Assembly (NCBI GenBank): GCA_003650545.1
Contig: QMQO01000010.1
Coordinates: 1 to 37,789 of the forward strand
Length of the DNA: 37,789 bases
Direction of reading: 5' to 3'
Source of the DNA: Candidatus Woesearchaeota archaeon
GTDB lineage: Archaea > Nanobdellota > Nanobdellia > Woesearchaeales > B72-G16
Every line of letters begins with the position of its first letter. Positions within the stretch are counted from its first letter, which is position 1. A program made the translations under genes and the position numbers. Shown here piece after piece: positions 10,402 to 20,829 of the stretch. The notes under the pieces were generated by a model. That model was not told where the DNA came from. It searched no databases and was given only the letters and a program-made list of their open reading frames with translations.

Positions 10402-11382
10402 ATGCCGACAAAATGCGCAGTATTCTGTCCTGAAAGCCTTGACGGAATAGCTGCAGCTAGCGTTCTCATCAGGATGTTCAAATTACGCAGATATAGCTAT
10501 AAGGTTGACTTCATTAGCTATGATAATGCTAATGAAAAATTCAATGAGATGACTAATCTTACAGCCACCATGATATTCGTACTAGACTTTTCACCAGAGG
10601 AACTGATTGACATAGAAAAAAAAATAAAAGCTCTTGAAAAGAACAACAACAAAATAGTTTATTGGAATTCTCATCATCCGATTTCCAAAGATAAATACGA
10701 ACTTCTCAGAAGGATGGTAAAGATTGTAGAATTCTCAGGAGAGATTAAAGGATTAAAGAAACCTAGTGAGAAATTATGTGCAACAGATCTTGTTGCTAAC
10801 CGTTTCATGAAGGCAGACTTTGTTAGTCAGACATTAAAGACTATTGCTCATGATAAAGAGTTTTGGTTAAGACAAGATGAACGTTCAAAAAAGTTAGCAG
10901 ATATAATTGCATCGGGCTATGATGTTAAAAAACTAATAGATTCTTTAAGCAGAGGTGTTTATTGGAGTGACAGTTTAGAAAAATTTAGAGATGAATATCT
11001 AATAAAAAAAGCTGAGAAACTTAAAAAAGTTGAGCAAACAGCCATTGTTAAAAGGTTCGGGAGCATAAGGATTGGTTTTGCATATGGTTCAAGTATATTA
11101 TCTAGTTCAGAAGCAGCTCAACTTGTTATTGATAGTAAAGCGGTCATGATTGCGGCTGTTATTGGCAGAGATGGAAAAATAAGTTTTAGAAGATCAGAGG
11201 ATTGTGTAGTTGATCTTGAGCAGCTGGCAAAGAAATTTGGTGGTGGGGGAAACCAATATGCTGCAGCAGGTAAAATCAATCTAAACCATATTTATCTTAA
11301 ATCAATCAATAGCCAGAAAAACTTTGAAAAATCTGTTTTCTATGCAGCTAACAAAATTGAAAACTTTTTGGCTAATCTGTAA
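10402..11382 (+). CDS. DHH/DHHA1 phosphoesterase-family protein with degenerate motifs
   Basis: SLDG, VLDF, YWNSHH, ISFR, GGGGNQYAAAG. Confidence 0.75.
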   Translation: MPTKCAVFCPESLDGIAAASVLIRMFKLRRYSYKVDFISYDNANEKFNEMTNLTATMIFVLDFSPEELIDIEKKIKALEKNNNKIVYWNSHHPISKDKYELLRRMVKIVEFSGEIKGLKKPSEKLCATDLVANRFMKADFVSQTLKTIAHDKEFWLRQDERSKKLADIIASGYDVKKLIDSLSRGVYWSDSLEKFRDEYLIKKAEKLKKVEQTAIVKRFGSIRIGFAYGSSILSSSEAAQLVIDSKAVMIAAVIGRDGKISFRRSEDCVVDLEQLAKKFGGGGNQYAAAGKINLNHIYLKSINSQKNFEKSVFYAANKIENFLANL

Positions 11383-11498
11383 ACTAAACTAAGATTCGCG
11401 ATTTTTATAGAATAGATAGAGTTAAATATTCTTCTAGAATGCACAGATGGCACGGATAGTTATGTTATTGTAAAAATTATTAAAAGTTATAATTATTA

Positions 11499-14486
11499 TT
11501 ATCCCATCACAACGATTAGAGGTCTTAAGCGGACAACTCTTTTTGCTATACCGCTCTCGTGCATTATATCTACAACTTCATTAACATCTTTGTAGACTCC
11601 TGGCGCTTCCTCAGCTACACCTTTCAAAGAATGTCCCTTAACAATGATGCCTTGCTTTGCCATATCCCTTACAACATCAGAACCTCTGAATTGCCTCAAT
11701 GCTTGATGTCTGCTCATCACTCTTCCAGCACCATGGCAAGCAGAGCCAAATGTTTCATTCATCCCTTGTGCAGTACCATGTAATATATAACTATAAGTAC
11801 CCATTGTTCCACCGATTAGAACAGGTTGCCCTATCTTCATATATTTTTCAGGGATCTCCTCTCTTCCAGGACCAAATGCTCTTGTAGCACCTTTTCTCAT
11901 CACACATAGTTGCATTACATTGCCATTAACATCGTGTTTTTCTAGCTTTGCTGTGTTATGACCTATGTCATATAAAACTTCTATATCAGAATCCTTTAAC
12001 CCAAGCACAGGGCAGGTAGCTTGTCTAACTAGATGGGTTATAGCTTGTCTGTTTGAGAATGCCATGTTTATTCCACAATTCACTGCGGAAAAATACTTTT
12101 TGCCTTCTGGAGAGTTAAATGGTGCACAAACAAGTTCACGCTCTCTTATAGGTATTTTATATTTTTTAGATGCAGCATCGAGTTCTTTTAGATAATCTGT
12201 ACCAATCTGATGGCCATAGGCTCTACTGCCACAATGAATGCTTATTACTACTTGATCCTTCTTAAGATTGTAGGCTTTAGCTGCATCTTCATCGTATACT
12301 TCCTCAACATATTGCACCTCTAAGTAATGATTTCCGCTACCGAGAGTTCCTACTTGTTTTAGCTGTCTTTGTTTTGCTATATTACTTACGTTATCTGGAT
12401 TAGCACCAGCAACACAACCATGCTCTTCAGTATATTCAAGATCTTGTTTTAAGCCATAGCCAAGGTTTATGACATATTTTGCACCTTTCACAGCAACCTC
12501 ATCTAGCATGTCTGGATCCATCTTGATCTCACCCTTACTACCCAAACCTGCTGGTACTGTATTATATAGTGCATCTGTTAGCTGTTGTTGTATTTTTATT
12601 ACATCTTCTCTCATCAACGGTGTCCTCAATGTACGAACGCCACAATTTGATACTATTATATTATTTGCAATAAAGCTATGTGTTTTTGGTATGTTGAAAT
12701 CATAAACAAAACCATCATACCCCTCCTTCAAGATTACCTCAACCTTATCAAACAAGCAGCCAAATTCTTTAATTTCTCTTATTTTGGTTTTGACAAATTC
12801 ACTGAACGGCGGAAAGCTTAACGCTGTTTTTTGTTCAGCATTACGATGATAATGTCTTCTGATAAATCTTCTATTAATTATAGACGATCCTAATAACTTC
12901 TGAATCTCTTTAAGCGTTAATCCTTTTCTCTTTAAATCTTTGATTTTTAATGCAGCTTCTCTTCGTCTCTTGGTTAAAAGTTTTTTTTCTTTTATATACA
13001 ATATAGCTATTTGTGATAATAAGTTCTTCTTTTTGTTATAGCTAAAACCTATTCTTGACCACAATCGCAAAAGATTATCTTCATTTGAAGAGATTTTCAA
13101 TTTCAACCTATCGACAGGACCATGTTTATCGTGGTGATCTTTTCGTTGTAATAGTCTATGACAACCAACTCTAAATTCTTCCAATAGAGACATTAATTGT
13201 ATTACTATTTCTCGTCCAGAATTAACAACCTTTTTATTCTTGTCTATTGATATTGTAGGACAGGTTAAGCCAGTATTAGTATGAGCTATGGGAGACGAGA
13301 GCTCGGCTCCAAAGAATCCTGATAAAAACAATCTTTTTACCCATAGAGGACTTTCCATTATCCATTTTGGTATGGTATAAGGTGTTATAGTTTTTTCACC
13401 GCTAGGGAAACCTAATTTAAAAAAGAGCTTTACTAACAATTTAGAAGACACGCGCAACTCATGATTTTTTGTTGGTGATTCAACTTTGCTTTTAACTTTG
13501 CAATAATTATTAATTGTAACATCATGTTCTGTTGTACCAGTGTAGATCATCCCTGAAAAACCTAACCTGGTAAAATCACTTTGAATTTCTTTTAAATCAT
13601 CTTTTGGACCGCAAATGTTGAGATAACCATTTTGACTTGATATATAGACTCTTCTGGCACCAAATAAGTAACCAAATAACCTAATCAAAATAGGTAATTT
13701 AGGGTTCTTTAAGTTCAGTGGCAATAAGTTTCTTTTTTTTAATTCGTCTTTTTCTTGTTCCGTAAATGTATCTTCCCTAACAAGCACTCTGTCTTTGATA
13801 GTTTCTTGATATTCGCATCCTTCAAATGGATGAATTGCTATTTCTTGGCCTTTTCCCAAATCTCCAGATCGAACCATACCCATTTTTGTTAATATAGGAT
13901 GGTCTGCAGTGACATTAATAGTGTACCCCAATTTAGTTTTAATTTTCAGAATTGGTTCTGAATGCTTCCTCTTCATAATATAAAGAGCGTGTTTAGAAGA
14001 GAAACATTTCTGGTTAATATCAAATGAAACTAGTGACTGTATGTATTTCATTGATTTTAGGGTGTAGTCTGCATGAGCATTTTCAACTTCGATGAAGTCA
14101 GTCTCAAAATCTTTTATTTTCTTATAATAACCAAAGTCAGTAAGAATTCTAGAGTCCCCTGTCAAACAATTAATATCAAAGCCAACGCCTGCAACAGTTA
14201 TTATTCCATTCTCAATATCAAACGCACCAACACCACCAATTGGAAATCCATAGCCGGGATGTACATCAGGCATTGCTAAGCTTGCTTTCTGGATCCCTGG
14301 CAGCATAGCAACATTTCTTATTTGTGATAGAGCGTTCCATTGTTTACCAGCTTCAATATCTTTCTTCAGTTCATCAACAATATGGTCATTAGCATAGACC
14401 CGACCAGAAACTAACATTTCTCCCTCTTTAGGTATTTCATATACAAAATCTCTTATTTTTTTAATAGGAATTTTTTCTATACCCAT
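11499..14486 (-). CDS. rtcB: tRNA-splicing ligase RtcB, intein-containing (about 487 aa after splicing)
   Basis: MPDVHPGYGFPIG, GFDIN|CG, GTLGSGNHY, HCGSR, HNTA, HGAGR, EEAPGVYK. Confidence 0.97.
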   Translation of the reverse strand: MGIEKIPIKKIRDFVYEIPKEGEMLVSGRVYANDHIVDELKKDIEAGKQWNALSQIRNVAMLPGIQKASLAMPDVHPGYGFPIGGVGAFDIENGIITVAGVGFDINCLTGDSRILTDFGYYKKIKDFETDFIEVENAHADYTLKSMKYIQSLVSFDINQKCFSSKHALYIMKRKHSEPILKIKTKLGYTINVTADHPILTKMGMVRSGDLGKGQEIAIHPFEGCEYQETIKDRVLVREDTFTEQEKDELKKRNLLPLNLKNPKLPILIRLFGYLFGARRVYISSQNGYLNICGPKDDLKEIQSDFTRLGFSGMIYTGTTEHDVTINNYCKVKSKVESPTKNHELRVSSKLLVKLFFKLGFPSGEKTITPYTIPKWIMESPLWVKRLFLSGFFGAELSSPIAHTNTGLTCPTISIDKNKKVVNSGREIVIQLMSLLEEFRVGCHRLLQRKDHHDKHGPVDRLKLKISSNEDNLLRLWSRIGFSYNKKKNLLSQIAILYIKEKKLLTKRRREAALKIKDLKRKGLTLKEIQKLLGSSIINRRFIRRHYHRNAEQKTALSFPPFSEFVKTKIREIKEFGCLFDKVEVILKEGYDGFVYDFNIPKTHSFIANNIIVSNCGVRTLRTPLMREDVIKIQQQLTDALYNTVPAGLGSKGEIKMDPDMLDEVAVKGAKYVINLGYGLKQDLEYTEEHGCVAGANPDNVSNIAKQRQLKQVGTLGSGNHYLEVQYVEEVYDEDAAKAYNLKKDQVVISIHCGSRAYGHQIGTDYLKELDAASKKYKIPIRERELVCAPFNSPEGKKYFSAVNCGINMAFSNRQAITHLVRQATCPVLGLKDSDIEVLYDIGHNTAKLEKHDVNGNVMQLCVMRKGATRAFGPGREEIPEKYMKIGQPVLIGGTMGTYSYILHGTAQGMNETFGSACHGAGRVMSRHQALRQFRGSDVVRDMAKQGIIVKGHSLKGVAEEAPGVYKDVNEVVDIMHESGIAKRVVRLRPLIVVMG
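12645..14168 (-). mobile_element. 508-aa intein with LAGLIDADG-type endonuclease region
   Basis: Starts CLTGDSRILT, block B TADHPIL, block F VYDFNI, ends IIVSN followed by extein Cys. Confidence 0.95.
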
Positions 14487-14518
14487 TATATCACCTTTTA
14501 AACTTCGATATGTTATTT

Positions 14519-14941
14519 TTAAACGTCAACTACACATTGAAGTATGTGCTTACCACTCTTCTCTTCGTACTTTAGCCCATAATAAGTTGCAGCTTTAACT
14601 TCTTCTTTGATATCATGTTTGTCTTGATCAATTGTTTCGCCATAGGCTTTTGCCCTCAAATAATATTTCTTATTTTTATATTTAATACTTACCTTAAACT
14701 CTTTAAAAAACATATCTTTGATATCTTTTTCACTTACCAATTTATTTAACCATTCCACATATAACGAAGGGATGTCATCAGCTTCACAACTAATATTAAT
14801 CTCTTGTAGTGTTTCAACTGTATCAAGTTCAACCATCACTCCAAACATAGCTTTTGCTCCTTCCTGGAAAGCTTCCTCAAGGGTATCCCCCATAGCTAAG
14901 ATTCCAATATCTGCTTCATGTTCTAAGTATTTATATGGCAT
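14519..14941 (-). CDS. Archease
   Basis: YLEHEADIG...EVKAATYY...VVDV; immediately upstream of rtcB. Start moved to MPYKY. Confidence 0.95.
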   Translation of the reverse strand: MPYKYLEHEADIGILAMGDTLEEAFQEGAKAMFGVMVELDTVETLQEINISCEADDIPSLYVEWLNKLVSEKDIKDMFFKEFKVSIKYKNKKYYLRAKAYGETIDQDKHDIKEEVKAATYYGLKYEEKSGKHILQCVVDV

Positions 14942-15047
14942 AATATCAAGAAAAATATGTTGTTTATAAAGTATAACTAATAGTAGTAGTAACAACACAG
15001 TAGTAAAAAACCAAATGTTTAAATACCTATTTAACCATTATTGATGT

Positions 15048-16017
15048 ATGAATGATGTGATATCTGATTTAGAAGAAAGATTAAGATCTGGTAATTTAGA
15101 TGCTTTTTGTAGAAAACACAAAAAAATCTAGATATAAGAGTTCAAAATATTATAAAAGTATTATTTAGCTTCAATCTAAAAATAAATGAAGTAGATTAAC
15201 TAATCAATATATTACATGGAGGATATAGTGTTCTATTACATTTGATTCATTCGATTAGTCAAAATGTTCTCCCGAGATAGCGGGATTCTTACAACTTAGA
15301 TATTTACGGTAATGAAGAAATTATTAATAAAATCTATACATATTTTCAAGTAATAAGTGCTCATCGAAGTTGTAATATTAAAAATAAGAGAACAATTAAA
15401 ATTAAATTAAAAGACGATCCAGAGAAATATAAGCTTGATGTTAAAACTGAAAAATATGGGTGACACTGAAATAATAAATGTTTTTGGTATAGACTTTAAT
15501 GTGCCAATTAAACAGTTTATTAGCAGATAAATTAAATATTACTAGAAAAATTGAAAGAGATAAGCAAGATATAGCAAATCTATTAGGGGTGTTTTATTTT
15601 AAGGGTACTAATCCGAAGTATGTTGTTAAGAATCTAGTATAAAAAAAAGAAGAAAATTGTATGGCATTGTGAAAGACAAAAAAATTTATATCGACGATGT
15701 TCATATAGAAAGAAGTGAAATATTTGTCGTTTAACTACAATAAAAAGAATGTTGAAGACTTATTAGCTAATGCGCCCTGTACTTGGCTAGCTACTGGGAG
15801 CTATGGGATAGAATTAGTTTTAAAAGGGGAGTGCAAAAGTACCAGAAGCTATATATGTGTACGAGAAAGACTTAAACAAAAGGAATACCTGTCTTCCAAT
15901 GGAGCAACTTCTACTAATATATTGCCAAATCTAAGATTGATTGCTATTCGTGAGTTACCCAAAGCTTATCCTAAGAATAACAGAGTTGTTAATATCTCAT
16001 TTAATAAGAGATGGTAA
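15048..16017 (+). pseudogene. Probable decayed coding region
   Basis: TATA box TTTAAATA 15018-15025 and ATG 15048, then purine-rich coding-like sequence broken by stops; only a 100-aa fragment (15715-16017) stays open. Confidence 0.45.
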
Positions 16018-16190
16018 AAAAAAAAGAATAGTTTCTAGATTTAGAGAAAACCAAAGAGACATTTTTTCTAGATCAGAAAGTTTAAAATATTGTTGAATGA
16101 TTAATTCTCTAATTATTCTCTAATGACTATCACTTAGTGACTATAAAAAACCTCAAAAAGCTTTTAAATCTTTCTATGTTTGTAGCTAAA

Positions 16191-17636
16191 ATGTGTGGTA
16201 TTGTTGGGGTTTTTAATAATGATGAAGCTGTAAAGATCGCCATTGACAGTTTTAAAATCATAAAGAACCGAGGTCAAGATGGCTATGGTGTTACAGACGG
16301 CAAAAAGATAACTCAAGACACAAAAATAATTTCTTTTCTTAAAAAACTTGAAAAACTGAAAACAAAAAATATTATGATGCATAATCTACATAAACTAGGT
16401 GACCGTGGTCTGCAGCCATTAAAAAGCAACAAAGGTCTCTTTATTTGTGATTGTGAAATTTATAACTGGCAGCATTTAACCAAAAAACACCAGATAAAAG
16501 CCAAGACAGATGCAGAACTATTAATGTTACTGTTCGAGAAATACTATCCAAATAATCTAGGGGACTTCTATGAAGATATTGATGGACCATTTGCTCTTGC
16601 TTACTGGACAGACGCAAAGGTTGTTGTTGCTCGTGACCTAATTGGTATGAAACCACTTTGCTATCGCTATGATAAAGACACATTTATGTTTGCATCAGAA
16701 AACAAAATCTTAGATAATAAAGGCAAAATGCTAGATCCCACTAAGGTTATAACCTACAATACAAAAACAAAAAAACTAACAGAGCAGGATATCAGATTTT
16801 ACTCAACTAAACCCACATTAAACCATTACAAAAAAACTTTGATTGATGAAGTTAAGGAAAAGATAACACTTGCAATTGAAAAACGAACTCGCGATGTCAA
16901 TAAATTCGGTATCCTTTTTTCGGGTGGGGTTGACTCAAGCATAATCACAACAATATGTAAGGATTTAAAAAAGAACTTTATCTGTTATAATGCAGTCTTC
17001 GAGCATAAAACAGTAAAGATGCCTCAAGATATAGAGTTTGCAAGAAAAATCGCCAAAGAGCTTAAAGTTCCATTCAAGATCATAAAAGTAGGTGTCAAAG
17101 CGACTGAAGAAGCGATAAAACAAGTTATCGATCTAATTGAAACAACTGAACCTGAGAAAGTTGGTGCAGCCCTTCCTTTATTCTTAGCCGCACGACAAGC
17201 TAGAAAAGACCGCATCAAAGTTCTCTTAACACCCCGTGGTACTGAGGAAATCTTTGCAGGCTATGAACATCATAGGCAAGCGTTGATACAAGGTGAAGAT
17301 GTTAATAGGGTTTGTGCAAACGACCTTAAAAAATTGTATTCAGAAGAGCTATACAAAGATAATATTGTTACTATGATTCACAATGTTGAGATACGTTCGC
17401 CTTATCTTGATCGTAATCTGGTTTCTTATGTTATCAAGATTCCACCAAAGTTTAAACTTGATGAGGAATACCAAAAGTTAATATTGAGAGAGGTTGCACA
17501 AGAACTTGGCTTAAGAAAAGATATTGCTTTCCATCGAAAGAGAACATTACTAGGAACTGACTTCTCAAAAAGCATTCAGACTATTGGTAAGAAGAAAGGC
17601 TTTAGAAAGCAAGAAGATTTCTTAGAGAGCTTGTAA
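16191..17636 (+). CDS. Asparagine synthetase B-like (Ntn amidotransferase plus PP-loop)
   Basis: N-terminal MCGI, NRGQDG, EIYN, RDLIGMKPL, SGGVDSS, RSPYLD. Confidence 0.85.
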   Translation: MCGIVGVFNNDEAVKIAIDSFKIIKNRGQDGYGVTDGKKITQDTKIISFLKKLEKLKTKNIMMHNLHKLGDRGLQPLKSNKGLFICDCEIYNWQHLTKKHQIKAKTDAELLMLLFEKYYPNNLGDFYEDIDGPFALAYWTDAKVVVARDLIGMKPLCYRYDKDTFMFASENKILDNKGKMLDPTKVITYNTKTKKLTEQDIRFYSTKPTLNHYKKTLIDEVKEKITLAIEKRTRDVNKFGILFSGGVDSSIITTICKDLKKNFICYNAVFEHKTVKMPQDIEFARKIAKELKVPFKIIKVGVKATEEAIKQVIDLIETTEPEKVGAALPLFLAARQARKDRIKVLLTPRGTEEIFAGYEHHRQALIQGEDVNRVCANDLKKLYSEELYKDNIVTMIHNVEIRSPYLDRNLVSYVIKIPPKFKLDEEYQKLILREVAQELGLRKDIAFHRKRTLLGTDFSKSIQTIGKKKGFRKQEDFLESL

Positions 17637-17637
17637 C

Positions 17638-17868
17638 TTAAAAATCTGGAATTTCAGTTTGTACAGGTTTTCTCATATAGATATCCCTTACAAGCTCAGC
17701 AAATCCTATGATTTCTTCTTTAGTTAATAATTTTCCTTTTGTCCTTAATGTTTCAATTATCTTTTGATATAATTTGTCATTCCTATTCCCTATAGAATAA
17801 ATATCATCATCTTTAACAAAGTCTGTTTCTTCGCTCTTACCAGTTATATATTGCTGGAAGCCTATCAT
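17638..17868 (-). CDS. Hypothetical protein
   Basis: 76-aa ORF with ATG and a TATA-like element upstream; no recognised motif. Confidence 0.5.
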   Translation of the reverse strand: MIGFQQYITGKSEETDFVKDDDIYSIGNRNDKLYQKIIETLRTKGKLLTKEEIIGFAELVRDIYMRKPVQTEIPDF

Positions 17869-17954
17869 ATTAAAATCTGTTAGACCATTATGAGGATTTG
17901 TGGTGATATTTTTCCCCCTAAAATTTTATATATTTCAAGGTTGTAATAGTTTAT

Positions 17955-19079
17955 ATGACACTTGAAGCAGAACTCAGGCAACCAACAGCTTCACAGATTA
18001 TAGAACCTATACTTAAGAAACATAGAATAAGCAAAAATAGATTTGCCAAAAGTGTGTACTATAGTATTAGAAAGCTAACTAAAACTGACGATATTGTTAT
18101 ACCTGAGTTCTTTGATACTGCATTTAGCTATACTTTTATAAAAAGTGATAAGTCAGTTGAGGGTGATTTTCTGAGAAATAAGATCTCGGTAGGCTATACA
18201 AACATTGTTGAATCGATAGAACAACTAAAGCCAGGTCAGGTCTTGGTAATTCCTAAACATGTTAATCTTGTGCCAAATGAAGCAGGAAATATTAGCAATA
18301 ACCCTAAGAAAAAGTTCTCTAAGCATGGTGATGTTGTAAAGTTAAAGAGATACAATTCTATAGACGATGCAATTCAAGACAGAGCTCACCCTAAAAGACT
18401 TCTCAAAATAGCTGTCACAAACACAAAAATGTATAAGAACTATATTGGTTATGACTTCCAAGGTGTTGGAGATGGTCGCGGATCTATTTATAACAAGGTT
18501 ATGATCGAAGATATAATCGAGGCAAAAAAGATCTTCATGTATTGCAAGGATAATGGAGATGAAACATTGGAAGTAGTAAATTACTATAACGGCAATAGCT
18601 TTAATAATAAATCAGTAAAGGTCCGCGTTAGTTCGGTTGAGAAGAAAGAACGCGATATTTACGAATTTGACATTGATAATCTTCCACTTAGAAAAAAACA
18701 CTCTAGAGATTACTCGTGTTATGCAAATTGGACAAGGATCCACAGTTTACACGATTGTAAAGGAAGAATTGATTCTGGTTTACATAGAAGAACCCAGAGA
18801 GGTACATATAATGCATGCAAGCACATGATTGCTGGCTTTTGGGAGGTTATGATTGATATAAAAAAGAAAACAAAAGGACAGTATTATCTAATTAATCCAT
18901 TCCGCTGCCCAACAGAAGAGCTCGAAGAATACGCTAACAGGCTTAGAACGCAAGTATTGATTGAGTGTTATAATCCCTATAAAAGAAGAACAGAGCTAAG
19001 AAAACTAACAAAGATAGAGCGTGAAGTACTAGACTGGAAAAGGATTACATTATATGGATATAAAAGAAATTTTAATTAA
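17955..19079 (+). CDS. Hypothetical protein with SWIM-like zinc-binding motif
   Basis: HDC-x19-CKH followed by a hydrophobic helix (MIAG); TATA TTTATATA about 25 nt upstream. Confidence 0.6.
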   Translation: MTLEAELRQPTASQIIEPILKKHRISKNRFAKSVYYSIRKLTKTDDIVIPEFFDTAFSYTFIKSDKSVEGDFLRNKISVGYTNIVESIEQLKPGQVLVIPKHVNLVPNEAGNISNNPKKKFSKHGDVVKLKRYNSIDDAIQDRAHPKRLLKIAVTNTKMYKNYIGYDFQGVGDGRGSIYNKVMIEDIIEAKKIFMYCKDNGDETLEVVNYYNGNSFNNKSVKVRVSSVEKKERDIYEFDIDNLPLRKKHSRDYSCYANWTRIHSLHDCKGRIDSGLHRRTQRGTYNACKHMIAGFWEVMIDIKKKTKGQYYLINPFRCPTEELEEYANRLRTQVLIECYNPYKRRTELRKLTKIEREVLDWKRITLYGYKRNFN

Positions 19080-19132
19080 TCTAAAAAGTAAGTTTAATAA
19101 AGAACTTCTCCTTTCTGACAGTGGGTGATAGT

Positions 19133-19900
19133 ATGAAAGCTGTCTGGAAAGGTTCTATTTCATTTGGCATGGTTAATATTCCTATAAAGTTATATACAGC
19201 TACCGAGCCACAAGCTCTCGGTTTCCGCTTACTTTGTACAAAATGTCATACCCCTCTTCACTACCGCCGTTTTTGTCCAAAATGCAAAAAAGAAATTGAA
19301 TGGGAAGATGTAGTCAAAGGTCTTGAAATAGCCAAGGGTAAATACTATGTTCTGACAAAGGAAAAGATCGAAAAACTAAAACCAGAAAAAAGTGATATAA
19401 TAGAAATAATAGAGTTTGTTGACATGAATCAGATTCACCCAATTTATTTTGATAAAAGTTATTATGTAGCTCCCATACAAAAAAAAGAAAAAGCATACTT
19501 CCTTTTTAAAGAGGTTCTACAAGATACTGCAAAGGTTGCAATCGGCCGTTTTATAATGCGAGAGAAAGAATATATCTGCGCAATAGAAAGCTACATCAAT
19601 GGTCTGCTTCTAACTACACTGAACTATGCTTATGAAATTCGTGATATTAAAAAAATAGAAGAACTAAAGAATCCTCCAAAGTTAAAAGAAGAAGAACTTA
19701 AACTGGCTCGACAATTAATCAACAAACTATACGAAAAAGAATTTGATGTATCTGAATTTAAAGATACATTTGCACAACAATTAAAAAGGTTAATTAAAAA
19801 AGGTATAAAAACAGAATTAATAGAAGAAATCAAGGCAACTAAGAAACATAAGAAAGAACCAACTTTGATGGAGGCACTTAAAGCCAGCATTAAAAAATGA
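19133..19900 (+). CDS. ku: Prokaryotic Ku (non-homologous end-joining protein)
   Basis: WKGSISFGMVNIPIKLY, IEIIEFV, YFDKSYY, LNYAYEIR, FKDTF, LMEALKAS; SD GGTGA before ATG 19133. Confidence 0.95.
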   Translation: MKAVWKGSISFGMVNIPIKLYTATEPQALGFRLLCTKCHTPLHYRRFCPKCKKEIEWEDVVKGLEIAKGKYYVLTKEKIEKLKPEKSDIIEIIEFVDMNQIHPIYFDKSYYVAPIQKKEKAYFLFKEVLQDTAKVAIGRFIMREKEYICAIESYINGLLLTTLNYAYEIRDIKKIEELKNPPKLKEEELKLARQLINKLYEKEFDVSEFKDTFAQQLKRLIKKGIKTELIEEIKATKKHKKEPTLMEALKASIKK

Positions 19901-20829
19901 ATTCTATTGCACCTATGCTTACAAAGCTAGGAGAGAAAAGTGATCTGAATAAGAAAGGTTTTATTTCAGAACCTAAGCTAGATGGTACACGAGCTATTTT
20001 AATCAAAAAAGGCAAAAAAATCCAGCTGATCAACAGACGCTACAGAAATATAACTTATCGCTATCCGGAGTTCAAGTTTGACAAAAACATAAAAGCAAAT
20101 TTTTGCATCCTAGATGGAGAAATCGTCGTTTATAAAGATGGATTGCCAAATTTCAACCTGCTACAAAAACGTGACCAACTTGAAAATAAAACAATTATAG
20201 AACTAAGGTCAAAGTTGTACCCTGCAACATTTGTAGTGTTTGACATTCTTAAACTTGAAAGAAGAGATACAAAAAAGCTTCCTTTAATAGAAAGGAAAAA
20301 ATTATTGGAGAAAATAATAAAGCAAGATAAAACAATAGAAACAGTGTTATATACAGAAGACATAAAGGCCCTGTGGCGACATATCCAAAAGAAAAAGCTA
20401 GAAGGTATCGTGCTAAAAAAGAAATACAGTAAGTACTATCCAGGTAAACGCACACCACTCTGGCTAAAAATAAAAAACATTAAAACAATCGACGCTATTA
20501 TCGTTGGTTATACTAAGGAAAAACGTAAGATAAGTTCGCTTGTCACAGCGTTATACATAAAAGGTAAACTAACCTATATCGGCAGGGTTGGGACTGGCTT
20601 TACTGAAGCATTTATTGATGAATTTTATAAAAAACTAAAAAAGATCGAACTAAAGAAACCATTAATTAAGATCGAGACGAGTAAAAAGATTCATTATGTT
20701 AAGCCCATATTCATAGCAGAAATTCGTTTCTTAGAGTTCAGCAGAGAAAGCATAATGAGGGCGCCAGTATTTTTAAGACTGAGAACGGATAAATTGCCGA
20801 AGGATTGCACACTAGAGGATCAAGTATGA
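19897..20829 (+). CDS. Stand-alone ATP-dependent DNA ligase (LigD ligase-domain type)
   Basis: EPKLDG, LDGE, VFDIL, EGIVLK, WLKIK, GRVGTGF; ATGA overlap with ku. Confidence 0.92.
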   Translation: MNSIAPMLTKLGEKSDLNKKGFISEPKLDGTRAILIKKGKKIQLINRRYRNITYRYPEFKFDKNIKANFCILDGEIVVYKDGLPNFNLLQKRDQLENKTIIELRSKLYPATFVVFDILKLERRDTKKLPLIERKKLLEKIIKQDKTIETVLYTEDIKALWRHIQKKKLEGIVLKKKYSKYYPGKRTPLWLKIKNIKTIDAIIVGYTKEKRKISSLVTALYIKGKLTYIGRVGTGFTEAFIDEFYKKLKKIELKKPLIKIETSKKIHYVKPIFIAEIRFLEFSRESIMRAPVFLRLRTDKLPKDCTLEDQV

